From Eledone cirrhosa (Eukaryota), in contig OZ024761.1 of the NCBI GenBank assembly GCA_964016885.1, forward strand, positions 682,001-746,000: a stretch of 64,000 bases of DNA, read 5' to 3'. Positions 26,303-40,099 of the stretch are shown here, piece by piece; position 1 is the first letter of the stretch, and each line of letters begins with the position of its first letter. The notes beneath the pieces are model-generated. The model was not told the origin of the DNA, did no database searches, and saw nothing but the letters and a program-made list of their open reading frames with translations. Position numbers and translations under genes: made by a program.

Positions 26303-26488
26303 GCGGATTGGCAGTATCGGTAGAGGATCGGACGCCATGCTTTGTAGCAAAGAGTTACGGCCCTTTATGATCTGATTTCAAATCCCGCCGAGGTTAACTT
26401 TGCCTTTCATCCTTACGGGGTCGATAAAATAAAGTACCAGTAATACACTGGGATAATTGCTGGCCTTGTGCCAAAAGTAGAAACAATT
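26303..26488 (+). mobile_element. Second SINE family (MetaSINE-like central domain)
   Basis: gcggattggcagtatcggtagagg..tcaaatcccgccgaggttaactttgcctttcatccttacggggtcgataaaat..gtaccag. Copies at 28116-28305, 35640-35845 and 39165-39590(-, two). The family name is an inference. Confidence 0.7.
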
Positions 26489-26799
26489 AAATGTGTGTTG
26501 TGTATATATATATATATACTTTAATAACAATTACAGCATCATTTAGAAGCCAACAGCAAGACTATTTAATATACAAGAATATATATACATATGACATTAA
26601 TAAACATGCGTGTGTATATATATATATATAAGGTATCAAAATATCATTGTTTATTAACTGTATGGTGTGTGTGTATATCTGGTGCTACGCAGTATTACAG
26701 AAGACCCGCCTTCCCATACGCACGAGCTGAGGTATATATCTAGTATGCAACATATTCCCTACCATAACCCTCCCTTTCTGTAATCATCCTACCAAAATG

Positions 26800-28050
26800 G
26801 CACCAGAACTGCCATTTTACAGAGTGTATTGGGTGTATTTCATGTAACAGCAGTGCTGCCACTTTACAGAGTGTGCTGGGTGCATTTTATTGTAGCACCA
26901 GAACTACCATTTTACAGAGTGTATTGGGTGAACTTTATTGTAGCACCAGAACAACAATTTTACAGAGTGTACTGGGTGCATTTTATTGTAACAACAGAAC
27001 TACCATTTTACAGAGTGTAGTGGGAGCATTTCATTGTAGCATCAGAACTACCATTTTACAGAGTGTACTGGGTGCTGGGAGCATTTTATTGTAGCACCAG
27101 AACAACCATTTTACAGAGTGTTCTGGGAGCATTTTATTGTAGCACCAGAACCATTTTACAGAGTGTACTGGGTGCACTTTATTGTAGCACCAGAACAACC
27201 ATTTTACAGAGTGTACTGGGTGCATTTTATTGTAGCAACAGAACTACCATTTTACAGAGTGTACTGGGTGCTGGGTGCATTTTATTGTAGCACCAGAACA
27301 ACCATTTTACAGAGTGTACTGGGAGCATTTCATTGTAGCATCAGAACTACCATTTTATAGATTGTACTGGGTGCTGGGAGCATTTTATTGTAGTAACAGA
27401 ACTACCATTTAACAGAGTGTACTGGGTGATGGGTGCATTTTATTGTAGCACCAGAACAACCATTTTACAGAGTGTACTGGGAGCATTTTACTGTAGCACC
27501 AGAACAACCATTTTACAGAGTGTACTGGGAGCATTTTACTGTAGCACCAGAACAACCATTTTACAGAGTGTTCTGGGAGTATTTTATTGTAGCACCAGAA
27601 CCATTTTACAGAGTGTATTGGGTGCACTTTATTGTAGCACCAGAACAACTATTTTACAGAGTGTACTGGGTGCATTTTATTGTAACAACAGAACTACCAT
27701 TTTACAGAGTGTACTGGGTGCTGGGAGCATTTTATTGTAGCATCAGAACTACCATTTACAGAGTGTATTGAGTGCTGGGTGCATTTTATTGTAGCACCAG
27801 AATAACCATTTTACAGAGTGTACTGGGAGCATTTTACTGTAGCACCAGAACAACCATTTTACAGAGTGTACTGGGAGCATTTTACTGTAGCACCAGAACA
27901 ACCATTTTACAGAGTGTATTGTATGCACTTTATTGTAGCACCAGAACAACCATTTTACAGAGTGTACTGGGTGCTGGGAGCATTTTATTATAGCATCAGA
28001 ACTACCATTTTACAGAATGTACTGGGTGCTGGGTGCATTTTATTGTGGCA
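26800..28050. repeat. ~48-bp minisatellite (45-55 bp variants), SINE/LINE-tail derived
   Basis: Unit ccattttacagagtgtactgggtgcattttattgtagcaccagaacta. Its reverse complement resembles the SINE segment ggtgccac..aaaaagcacccagc.cacactgtaaagtgg. Confidence 0.9.
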
Positions 28051-28489
28051 TCGTTGTCTAAATACCTGTCCCACTAACTAAATCTATAAATAAGGTTTTT
28101 GTTTTTATTATTTTTGCGGTGGATTGGCAGTATCGGTAGAGGGTCTGACGCTATGCTTTGCAGCATAGAGTTACGGCCCTTTATGATCTGAGTTCAAATC
28201 CCGCCGAGGTTAACTTTGCCTTTCATCCTTACGTGGTCGATAAAATGAAGTACCAGTAATGTACTGGGTATTTGCTGGCCTTGTGGTGCCAAAAGTAGAA
28301 ACAATTATTTTTATTTTCATTTTTAATATTTATTATATTTATGTGTGCCTGTATATATCCCCCTCCTGTCTATACATATAGATACAGGGATGATCATATG
28401 TATGCGTACGTGCATCAGAATATGCACCTGCATCAATGCATCAATCTATGCACGGTAATGTAAATGTATGTCTGTATGAGTATATATAT

Positions 28490-28990
28490 CATCATCATCA
28501 TCATCACCGTTTTACGTCCGTTCTTCCACGCTAGCATGGGTTAGACGGGTTGTCCTGTTGTGGGCAGTGTCTGGTCGGCTGACCATGCCTTGCTCATACA
28601 GGAACTGATCTGGCTTGATTTCTACAGCTGGATGCCCTTCCTAACACCAACCTCATTTACAGTGAGTGCTGGGTGCTTTTTCGTGGCGCCTACACGTCCA
28701 CTTTACAGTGTGGGCTGGGTGCTTTTTTGCCGTGGCACCTCCACGACCACCTTGCGGTGGGGGGGGGGGCATATTGTTTATATGCTTCAGCATGTACCCA
28801 TGGGAGGTCGGGTACCCTGTATTACTGTGTGACGCCAGAAGTCACGGTCGTGTGTCATTGACTTTGAGAGGTGTAGTTGGGTAAGGTCGGCTTTTATCAC
28901 CTCATCCCAAGTCATCTTGGGTCTCCCCACTCCGCGGTTTCCATCAACTTCTAGTGCTCTGCACCTTTTTATGCAGCTGTCATCCTTCAT
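28490..28990 (-). mobile_element. SINE 3' half plus RTE LINE 3' end
   Basis: 28787-28990 reads MKDDSCIKRC..GNRGVGRPKMTWDEVIKADL..DRDFWR; 28490-28760 is the SINE tail. Confidence 0.8.
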
Positions 28991-29211
28991 ATATATATAT
29001 ATATATGTATCTTTCTATGTATGTGTGACTATATGGGAAGATATACTTCAACGAATGTGGGTTTTTATCAATGTACACTCTGACACATATGGGTAGCTAT
29101 CTATATGTGTGGCGGCCTGGGCATATGTAAATGCTTATTTACACATGTGAACACATATTTTGGGGGTCTATCTGCACGTACATATGTAGCAGGTTGTTTG
29201 CGTGGATGTGT

Positions 29212-29249
<38 letters not shown>

Positions 29250-29975
29250 TAAAAAGGAAAAGAAAATGCTGGCAAATTTTTCCCAGTGAAAAATAGTTTA
29301 ATTAAGAATAAGTATAAATTAGTAATAAGTATTGGTTAGTATTCAGTTTTAGTTTTAAGTTTTTACCGGTTGCGCATTTCTAATGCTTTTCAAAAATAAT
29401 TTTGAGATAGAGCGCCCGTGATGTTTGCTCTAATCTGATCAGTTTTGGAAATTCTTCCTGTTTTATGTGAAAAAAAGTGGCTCTAGAGGTATTAAGATTT
29501 GGTTGGTTGTTGAATGTCACGTGAATAAGTACAATAAGATTCGTGCCAATTCGTGTTGCAAAAATTCTTGTAGTCAAAACAATTTTGATTGGCCGGTAGA
29601 GGTCACGTAAATGTTAAAAATTGATTTTAGCGCGAACTGGTTTGGCGCCAAATGTAGGTTTGTCGAAGAGTGTCCTTTTTCGATTGATTGAGTTGCAGTC
29701 ATGTTGAGAAGTCACTGAAAAACATGTCTATTAAGACCAACATGTGTGTGTGTGTAGTAAAGAGGTTCATTGTTGTTTTCGTTGCTCAGAGAGTGGGATT
29801 GGCCGAGTGAAGGCCTTTTCCCACTTAAAAAACCTATAAAGCACAAGCATTGCTTGTTAAGGATATGTTACAGGTTCGTGTGGCTCGCCGTAGCCTAAAA
29901 CTGCACCGTAAAGTGCACTGTAATCTGACAAGCGATTGCAATACTCTTAGCAGAGTTTGCAGCCACCATATATAG
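29250..29975 (-). mobile_element. PLE-type terminal-repeat remnant between TA tracts
   Basis: 29263-29435 is homologous to 11415-11583; both carry a UUGAAAA..GCAA hammerhead-like variant. Confidence 0.5.
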
Positions 29976-29994
29976 ATTAATGTATGTTTATATA

Positions 29995-30055
<61 letters not shown>

Positions 30056-30213
30056 ATAGAGTAATTAAGTATCGAGAGAGAGAAGAAGAAATAGGCGATA
30101 CATGTAGTTATTTGCCAATAGCATATGCAAAGGGTGCTCAATGCTTGTGCCTGCAGTGTTAAATATTAAAAGTGTTAATATCTAGTGGGCGAGAAAATCA
30201 GCAGAGCGGATAC

Positions 30214-32576
30214 ACGTGGAGAAATATACAAAGGAGAACAAACCGTTAAAACATGTTTATTTAAAACAATAGCACCTACGTACGTTTCGCCCGAAAGGGC
30301 TTCTCAAGGGCATAAAGAACTAAAAAGCGTTCCTTAAATGACCCGGAATGGATTTTTCATTCTTCGAAACAAAACATGTATTAGGGACGAGATACCGGCC
30401 CTACAAGGTGTATATAGAGACGACGCCCTGTTTACCGTTAGGAACCATAGCCCTCGTAGAATAGAGAACCTTAACAAGCACATACACAGGTTCTTCAAGT
30501 TATACGGCTTATCCGTAACTATGGACCTCAACCACCAGGTGGTCAACTTCCTGGAGTTGAGTACGGGCCTATACAAGCCATACCATAAGCCTGGCGAGCC
30601 TTCCGTATATTAATTATGCTTCCAACCACCCTAAGCAGACTCTCAACTCCATAGTTTATAGCATCTCGAGGCTCTTCGCCAATGAGGATATTTTCAACCA
30701 AGCGGCAGATTACTCCAATAAGGCCTTGATAAGCGCCCGTTTTAACCGAGGAATCTCCTACATCCCTAATGCTAGCCCCAGAAACCACCCCTCTCATAAG
30801 ACTAACGTTATAGTAAGCCATACCTATAACCGAACGCGCGGCGGCTTTGAAAGAGTCGGATGTATAGAAAATCGCACTAAGGAACACGGCCATATTGTTA
30901 ATTACACTAGCGATAGTATTGGTAGCTTACCACACAATAAGGATCACAACCGCGGTGACAGTGACCACTATAGCCTACTTGAATTATTCCCCTACTATAG
31001 GATCAACAAAGGCGATGGCCTACTTCCAACGCCTTCCAACCAGCGTCTTCCTATACATAAACGTAGCAGAAAGAAGACGAGTGCACCCGAGCATAAAGCG
31101 AAAGGGACACGTAACGGGCTACAGCACAATAACATGCATAAGAACGGTCACCCTGATAGCACAACCCTTAGCAAACGTACAAAGACACGGAATCGCCACC
31201 GTAACGTCCTATAGTTCCATCCTCCCTACTCTCGGAGTGTGGCCTCCGACATACCCCGGATATTCTTCGAAGTCTTAGAGAAGAACTTCCCACCCATCCA
31301 TAGGTATAGGAAAATCCTGAATAGGAACAATATAAAAATATCCTTCTCTACCTCTCCTACCCTAGCAAACATCATAGGAACAACTAATCACACTAAGATC
31401 ACCAAGACACAGCACCTTAGCACCGATACACCTACACCTGACAACAACTATAACGGCGTTGACGACTCCCTAGCAACACCCAATAGTGCTGGCAACGGCA
31501 TAACCGCGACATGACTGGGGAATATGCAGGTGACCTGCACGGCAACGGAAGGCGCTGCTGCGTGCGGAATGATAAAGGTACTACCCCGCACGCGGTGGGT
31601 TATAATGGTACCAATGACAGGTTTAGGGGCGTAGGTAACAACATAGATAACAAAAATAATAGCCTTACCTTGGGAACTAGAATGAACCGCGACCACAATT
31701 GCAACTTCCGTGACAGGGGACGCTGCCCCCTTAGGCCTGACTGATAGAGTTATTTATAGGTGCACCGTAACTAGCCAAAATAGCGTTAAACGTTATATAG
31801 GGGCTATCTCTGGTCCGTTCAAAAATAGATTTCGAACACATCACCACTCTTTCGCAAACAAGAAACTAAGACACTCCACTTCGCTCGCGAACTACATCAC
31901 AGCATTAAAAGACTCAAACATCAGCTTCTCCACGCACTGGGAAATTGTCGGCAGAGCAGCACCGTACAATTTCAAGAGGAAGTGCGAGCTTTACCATATC
32001 ATAATGGCACCCCCACGAGCTCATCAACAGCAGAGCAGAAACGACGATAAGCTGTACACACCGCTTTAAAATATCCTACTCCAGATGGAATAAGAACGAG
32101 GAATGAAAGCTGTAAACCGGGTCGCCCTGCACTAAACTTTAACACTCCGGCGGGCAGACGCTGCAAAAAATATCCGGAAACTAACCATGCATCCCAGACC
32201 CGGCACGAATCGACCCAGGCGGGCAGGCGCAGCAAACAAATATCTGGAAAATAACGTTGCATACCTGACCCTGTGCGTATCGACAATGGTAAAGCTGTAA
32301 CTACAAAGTAATAACGGATAAAAAGTTGCCTGGAGAATACTGCTCTAACACCGGTTAGAGTTATCTCCCTTGACCTATTGCAAAATCAATACATGTTTTG
32401 TTACGAAGAATGAACTGTGACGTGAACTTATTTCTAAAAACCCATTCCGGGTCATGTAAGGGACGCTTTTTAGATTTGTATGCCTCTGAGAAGCCCCTTC
32501 GGGCGAAACGTACGTAGGTGCTATTTTAAATAAACTTGTTTTAACGGTTTGTTGTCCTTTATATATTTCTCCACGT
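30214..32576 (+). mobile_element. Penelope-like retroelement, 5'-truncated, with an inverted partial terminal repeat at the 5' end
   Basis: RT remnant YRDDALF..VVNFL..YKPYHKP; linker FHPPYSRSVASDIPRIFF..NFPP..KILNRNNIKISFS; CN..CPL; GIY-YIG VIYRC..RYIGA..FKNRFRTH..TSLANY..WEIV. 30214-30382 is the reverse complement of 32388-32576. Confidence 0.88.
30272..30311 (-). ncRNA. Hammerhead motif, U3-A8 variant, in the inverted PLE terminal repeat
   Basis: GCCC-UUGAGAA-GCCC(UUUC)GGGC-GAAA-CGUACGUA/GGUGC; palindromic ACGUACGU. The sense copy at 32482-32521 reads CUGAGAA (C3/A8 mismatch). Confidence 0.55.
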
Positions 32577-33809
32577 ATATATAAATATATATGCTTATAC
32601 AAATGTGTGTGTGTATATATAGATATATTTATGTTTATATGTGTGTGTATGTATAGATACATATGCTGATACACGTGTGTGTGTATAGATGTATGTATGT
32701 TTATATGTGTGTGTGTATGTATAGATATATGTATGTTTATATATGTGTGTGTATGTATAGATATATGTATGTTTATGTGTGTGTATGTATAGATATATGT
32801 ATGTTTATGTGTGTGTGCATCGGCCTCATCATCATAATGGTTTAACGTCGATATTCCATGCTAGCAAGTGTAGGACAGGCTGTACCCTTGAGAGAGATCA
32901 GGTCGGAAGACCTGTTTCGCTCACACAGAAATGATAGCTAAGAATATAAATAAGTACGTGTCTGACTATACACAAATATATGTTTGTATCAATGTAACCT
33001 CAACTGTAGGGGAAGAATTGTATTTACAGCGGGTAATTATTTTCAATGCAAGCTAAATTAGTTAACAATTTAGATAAAGTCACACTTTACCATTAGCACG
33101 CTAGGAATTTTTATGAATTACCTCCCTTGACACTGCATTGTTTATAAAAGGTGAATTTTAATGAATTGCTTCTCATTACATTGAATTATGTATTAAAAGG
33201 AGGTTATTCTATCGGGAAATGTTTATGACTTGCTTCCCTTAACTACCTTATGTATTAATCCTTTAACATTTACATCACTCTATAGTCTCACAGTAAAGGC
33301 TTTACCTCACATAACATTTACATTACTCTATATTTACCATTGTATTTTCACATAATATCAAATCTATAAGATTTTCATGTTATTTATTTTGAGAAGAATA
33401 CCTTAATGCATGCATGAGCAGCCAGTTACAGCCGGTTTGAACGAAAAGAAGAGAGAGTTCTGGCTGGATACAGCCGGTTTAAATGCTGAAGGGTTAAGGG
33501 GAGATATGTGGTGTTTTTTTAATGCTGTGTCAAAATATTTACTTCAATTCATGTTATTTGAAGCTGTGTTGCATTTTCGTCTGTTTTCGATTATGTACAT
33601 GCAGGAGACATTTTTACAGTTTATAGGATCCTAAATGAAAAAGAAATGAACCATAAACTTAAACTGAATACATAGAAATAATTTTACATCAGTGATTTGT
33701 TTTAATTGTTCATACAAAGAAGTATTTGATATCACGTTGATGAGGTGAGCTTTTCAATATTTATTTTGATAATTCCTCAAGATAACGAGTTAACAATAAG
33801 GTTTTAATA

Positions 33810-35310
33810 CATGGTATAAGAGAGATAAGTTGTAGTGTGCGGGAGAGAAGGCTGAGATGGTGTGGACATGTGATGCACATGGAGGATGACTGCTGGGTAA
33901 AGAAGTGCCAAGAAATCCCACTAGACGGAAGACGCAGTAAAGGAAGACCATGAAAAAGATGGGTGGAGGTGGTGAGAGCAGACCTCAGAAGCTCACGGAG
34001 GAAATGGCAAAGGACCATGACGAATGGAGAGATGACGTGCTTAATAGGACCCGTGCCACCCTTGCAAGCAGGGAAACGCGGACGTAAAATGATGATGATG
34101 ATGGCTCATTGCATTATTGGTTTTGTTGACGAATAGTAAATGAGCTGGTTCAAACTTGGACAGAGCTGAGGTTTGTGAAAACTTAGTTCTGGCCTATGAA
34201 AGCACTGAAATGAAAGTTAATGGTACATAGGAGAAGTTTAAGAGTGCAGTAACCAGGATTAACACCCTAGGATTTAAAAAAAGGAAACACAGGAATTGGT
34301 TCGATAAAAACAACCAAGAAATTGGCATTCTTCTGCAACAAAAACAAGAACTATTCCTCAAAATGCTTAAAGCAAGCCAGATAGAATGACTAGCAGCTAA
34401 AACTTCCTTCAAGCAATTGAAAGCAACACTACAACAGGAACTGAAAAGTATGAAAATTAAATGGTGGGCTAATGTTCTTCAGAAACTCAAAGTGTATATC
34501 ATAGGAAAGACTCAAGCACACTCTACAACCTCAGTAATCAAAGTTTTGGGGCCTAATTCATCAAGCATGGTGCCTGTATTGTGTAGGAAGGGTGGTATTT
34601 GTACAAGGATGCTGATGTTATCATGAGGCGATGGCAGAAACATTCATAACCCATCAAAAATTGATTTAACTCTTTAGCATTTACATTACTCTATATTTAC
34701 TATTATCAAAAACTTTTCAGGATATCATCCTTGAGCTGATGTATGCAGGTCATAATGAATCATTTTTCTAGGGCTTGTCATGTTTTTGGACTGACCATCA
34801 GCCTCACAAAAAACTAAAGTAATGATCACTCCTCCTCCAGACAAGCCACATGTTGAGCCAAACTTAACAGTTACTGGTACACGAATAAGTGTAGCAGATA
34901 GGGCCACATATTTTGGAAGCATTATCAGTAAGGATGGATCACTTGATGTGGAAATCAATCAGAGTATTCAAAATTCCACTTCAGCATTTGGAAAACTAAA
35001 GAAAAGGGTATGGGTAGATCAGGGCCTTCATCTAGTAAGTAAAATAAGTGTGTACAGAGCATGTGTGCTAACTGTATTGCTGTATGGACAACCTATAGGT
35101 GGTACATAAAATAGCTAGAAAGGCTTCATCAAAACTGTCTTAGACAGATTTTAGGAATTAAATGGACATCTTTGACACCAGATTTACAAGTACTGAGGAG
35201 AGTTGGTTGTGAAAGTATTGAAAAGATATTTACAGCCAGATATATTTGACTAGTTATGTTATCAGGATGGACAATACCAGGTGGCCTAAACAATTGTTAT
35301 ATGGAGAGAA
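33810..35310 (+). mobile_element. Decayed RTE LINE fragments
   Basis: RLRWCGHVMHMEDDCWVKKC..GRRSKGRP; WFDKNNQEI; YFGSIISKDGSLDVEINQ.I..AFGKLKKRVW..KISVYRACVLTVLLYG. Many stops and deletions. Confidence 0.8.
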
Positions 35311-37048
35311 TATAGATAAGAGGCTATGTAGCTGGTCTCGGTAAAATAGACTCTCCTGCTATTTAGCCAGTAAGAGTGTCTGACACCATGAGTTGCAGCC
35401 CAGGTTAAGACAATTTGAAATCTTTCCATCATCAATTGTTAAAAAACCATTTAGTCATCATCTTCATAAAATTCTGCTTGTTTTGTCCATTCATAACATA
35501 CGTTACGCTTTAGTTACAAACACACACAATTACTGAGTTCCATGGCTTAAGAATTTTAGCAGAAAGTTACGATCTGGGTTAAAGATAGTAGTCACTACCT
35601 GGGTTCTAAAATACTATTTATTATTTAGTGGTGAAATAGGGCGGTGGATTGGCAGTATCGGTAGAGGTTCGGACGCCATGCTTTGCAGCATAGTTACGAC
35701 CCTTTGTGATGAGTTCAAATCCTGCTGCGGTTAATTATGCCTTACGAGGTCGATAAAATAAGGCACCAGTCATGCACAGGGGTTGTGTTAATTGACTTTC
35801 CCCTCCCCCGAAATTGCTGGCTTTGTACCTATATAAGAAACCATTATTCAGTGGTAAAATAAGCTTCCGAGAGATCGGTTAGAGTTGGCTCCCTTGAGGG
35901 CTTACCGGTAAAATTAGCTTAAAAATTGTTTGTTTATCTTGCCGGAGCCGGCTACGTAGCCTATTCTTTTTAAATAATAAGAGGTCAAATCATAAACCAC
36001 AGAAACGATTCAAAGATGTGGGATAATTTGAAGATTCTCGATATGGATACTAGAAATTGGGAATCCATAGCGAAATATAGAAGTTGACGTAGCATGATTA
36101 AAGATGCAGCGCTCAAAAGATTATTACGAACAGGAGTAAACAGAGAGATTACAGAAGATTTCAATCAAAAATTTAGATGTAATATGTACGAAAGAGTACT
36201 GCTTTCTAGAGCTGGTGTCGTGAATGATAAAAAAAAAACCTCATGTGATTGGCGAAACACAGTCATATATGATGTTTTTTTTTTAAAGTAAAATCAAATT
36301 ATTATTAGATTCTCCAGCTGCTGTATCAATATGAATTACTTACAATAAAATTTCGCCGGAGATAGATTAGCAAAATTTAATAGCCGGAGAGGTTAGAAAA
36401 AATCTGAAAAATTAATAAGCGCGATGATGGTGCAACGATTATTCAAGACATGGAAGTATATATAATAAAAAAAATTACTGGAATGTTCTCTTCTTCATGA
36501 TTTTGTGTATGGAAGTATAAACAGGAAGATTTGTTTTGCACACAGACATGTATATGACTGAGAGGCCTCAATAATCAAAACTTCGATGTCATTGTCGTTT
36601 ACTTGTTTTGTTCTGGCAGCGGTTCGTTTGCCCACCCCTTTCGTCGGATGTGGTCCTAGATGTGTGTATTACCTGCGTGTGTGTGTTGTTTTCCTTTCCC
36701 TTTTCATTTATAAAATAAAAATTATTAGCTACTTACACGTGATGAATACGCATTCCGTCCATGTTTGAACGGTTAATTTACGTGTGTACATAAAACACTT
36801 CGTTCGACTTTTACTTTGCGTAAACTTGAAGAGTGTTAGGAATTCCAACATTTCTTTTACCCTTTAAGTCTCTTTAATATATATATTTTGTATAAACACT
36901 TGAACTTTTCTTCGAGTAATTCTCTATTTCTATAAGAATAAAGAGATTATCTCCCTTGCTTTCGTAACAAGGGAGATAATTCAATAAACCTTTCAAATTT
37001 TCAGTCTCGGAAAAATTGACCATTTAGAAACATTACGCACGCACACAC

Positions 37049-37130
37049 ATAGGGTGTCCCCAAAAAATATATACACACTTCAATAGCAATCTAATAAATA
37101 CGTGTATATAATTTGCGGGGACACGATGTA
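37049..37130. mobile_element. Tiny Tc1/mariner-like MITE remnant
   Basis: tagggtgtccccaaaaaatatatacac ... gtgtatataatttgcggggacac inverted arms, next to TA. Confidence 0.4.
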
Positions 37131-38589
37131 TATATATATATAACCAAATTAAAAGATATGTTTACATAGAGAGAAAAAGTCATATATCTTTCAATTTGGT
37201 TATTATGGCTCTATATAAAGTCTATTAAGCTTACTTATTGAGAAACAAAAAAATTCTAAACATATTTGAAATGTTTTGATTCATCATTTGTGTGTATATA
37301 TATATATATATATTCACACACACACACACATACTTCCTCGTCTTAACAGATCGAAGGCGTTCCTATAGTCGTAACTCCTTTCATACCAAACCATCTTAAT
37401 CTAAGCCTAGTTCAATGTACAACTGTTTCAAAATGTTTATGTTCCTCTACAAATTTTCCATCATAATTTTATGTTAAATAACACTGTGTAAAGAACCAGT
37501 GAAATATGGTAATAAAAGAGTGAAGTGTTTATATTTTTCTAAAAAGCTGCCATCATAATTTTCAATGTAGAAACCTTTGTTAAGTTATGTTCCAAACACC
37601 AGCTTGATAATGAGTTTGTCTGAACAGTCAATTTCTTCCAGAGAGAGAAGAGATATAGAGGTGGAATTAACCTTACTACTGGACTGGTACTTCATTTACC
37701 TCAAAAAGATGAAAGGCAAAGCATGTTTGCTTCCTTTCTATCCAACCTGTGCATATCCTCTGCAGTCACTGCCCATGTTTCAGAGCCATGCAACATAGTA
37801 CTTTGGACACAGGTAACATACAGTGAAGCCTTTCATTCAGAGAGAAACCTTTTGTTGTCAACAGAGGTAGCAGTTCCCTAAACTTTTTTCATTCTATCCT
37901 TATTCTAACTACTACATTCTGACAGCACCCTCCTCTATTGCTAATTAAATCACCCAGATAGCAGAAGCTATCAACCACTTCTGTAAATTCTTCCTGGAAA
38001 AGATTTGTATCGTTGTCATTGCTACTACCAATTTACCCTGGGTAGACCAGCAGTATTGTTGATAGGGGTCGAAACTGACTAAGTCCATCTCAACGGCCGA
38101 TGACCATGGAGGTGTGTCCGTTTGTATTTTTATTTTTTATGGTTTCCCCTTAAAAATGTTGCTGTCTTGTCCGCTCTGTTAATTATCTTTGAAAGTATTG
38201 GCCCAGGCCATGTCTAACTTAATAGCACCACCTGACACACACATACACAAACACATATTAGTGCCTGCGCATGCAAGGTTGATACAAATTTGGTAAACAT
38301 TCCCTATCGAGCTTGTTAAACAGATGGAACTTTCAAAAGCCTAAGGTCTGAGAGGCAAAGTTCATTTAAATAAATGGGGGGGGGGGGGGATTCTTGGTAG
38401 TGAAAATGGTGTGAGCCACTAGTTTGTGTGATCATATTGCATAGATGGAAACTGGAGCTGTTATGCTGTGAACTCTCCTGGGCTTTCCTTACCTAGTGTA
38501 GATCCTGTAAATGAGATGGGGATTACTTTTCTTTGTCTACTTTGGATCCTGTTTCACTGTCCTAGTCCACTCAACTGGAAACCCCCATC

Positions 38590-39000
38590 CTACCATATAT
38601 ATATATATATATATGTACATACTTCTAGACTAGATCAGTACAATATGTCTTAATCCTCGATATATATGTATGTACATACTTCTAGACTAGATGCTTACAA
38701 TATGTCTTAATCCTGGATACATATATGTACATACTTCTAAACTAGATCAGTACAATATGTCTTAATCTTTGATATATATATATGTGCATGCTTCTAGATT
38801 AGACCAGTACAATATGTCTTAATCCTAGATATATATGTACATACTTCAAAACTAGATCAGTACCAAATGTCTTAATCCTCAATATATATATGGACATACT
38901 TCTAGACTAGATCAGTACAATATGTCTTAATCCTCAATATATATATATGTACATGCTTCTAGACTAGATATCAGTATCAGATGTCCTGATCCTAGATGTG
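38590..39000. repeat. ~55-60-bp minisatellite, ~7 copies
   Basis: Unit (TA)n-tgtacatacttctagactagatcagtacaatatgtcttaatcct. Confidence 0.85.
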
Positions 39001-40099
39001 CGTTCAGTCATAAAATAGATTGTAATCAAATCTTTGTGGCCTTACTTAATAAACTGCCTAGTTTAACCCTTTTAATAGCAAACCACCCTGCTTCGATGAT
39101 ACTAAGCTTTTTATTTTAGAAACTTTCCATAATTTTAAGTAACAACCTTCATTAAATAATTGTTTCTACTTTTGGCACAAGGCCAGCAATTACCCGGTGT
39201 ATTACTGGTACTTTATTTTATCGACCCCGTAAGGATGAAAGGTAAAGTGAACCTCAGCGGGATTTGAACGCAGACCGTAAAGGGACGTAACTATGTTGGA
39301 AAGCATGGCGTCCGACTCTCTACCGATACTGCCAATCCAACCTTCATTAAATAATGTTTTAATTACCAAATAAATAATTGCATCTACTTTAGGCACAAGG
39401 CCAGCAATTGCGGGAGAGGAGAAAGTCAATTAATTGACCCCAATGCACGAATGGTACTTTATTGAATTGACCCCGTAAGGATGATAGGCAAAGCTAACCT
39501 TGGCAGGATTTGAAATCAGAACAGTAAAGTGCTGTAACTCTATGTTGCAAAGCATGCTAACGGACACTCTACCGATACTACCAAACCACCACCAATTACC
39601 AAATAAATAATGAAAGTTATTAAATTCTCTGAAATTCTTGATTATTTTCATCTGTAAAGCACAGGCAATTTTTTTCCTTACAAATATAGTAATGAAGAGT
39701 TAATATCACAATCATCTGGTATCTTGTTTAACCCTTTTTGATAAGAATCTACCTGAAACTGCCCCTGGTTTTCATGTAAAAATCTACCATTTTAAAAGTG
39801 TTCATACATACATTAAAACCATTATAATTGTATAAGTGATTTCAGCATTGGGTAAGAAAATGTTTTGGTATTTGTTCTAGTTTATTATTGCACTGTGTTT
39901 ACATCTCACCTAGATTAACTTTGCCTTACACTCTTTCAAGGTCAATAAATAAAGTACCTGTCCAGTACTGGGGTTGATTCTTGTGGAAGAGATTTAAAAT
40001 ACCCAAGATAAGCCATATGTCATGACATATGACTCCATCATAATTTTATGTAAGAATTTGTTGTTAAATAATGTTTCAAACAGTAGAACCACTACTTCT

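Noticed and set aside
26800-28050. Regular repeats that could be mistaken for a CRISPR array (also 47040-48630 and 49540-50155)
   Set aside because: Head-to-tail units with no unique spacers, no cas genes, eukaryotic context.
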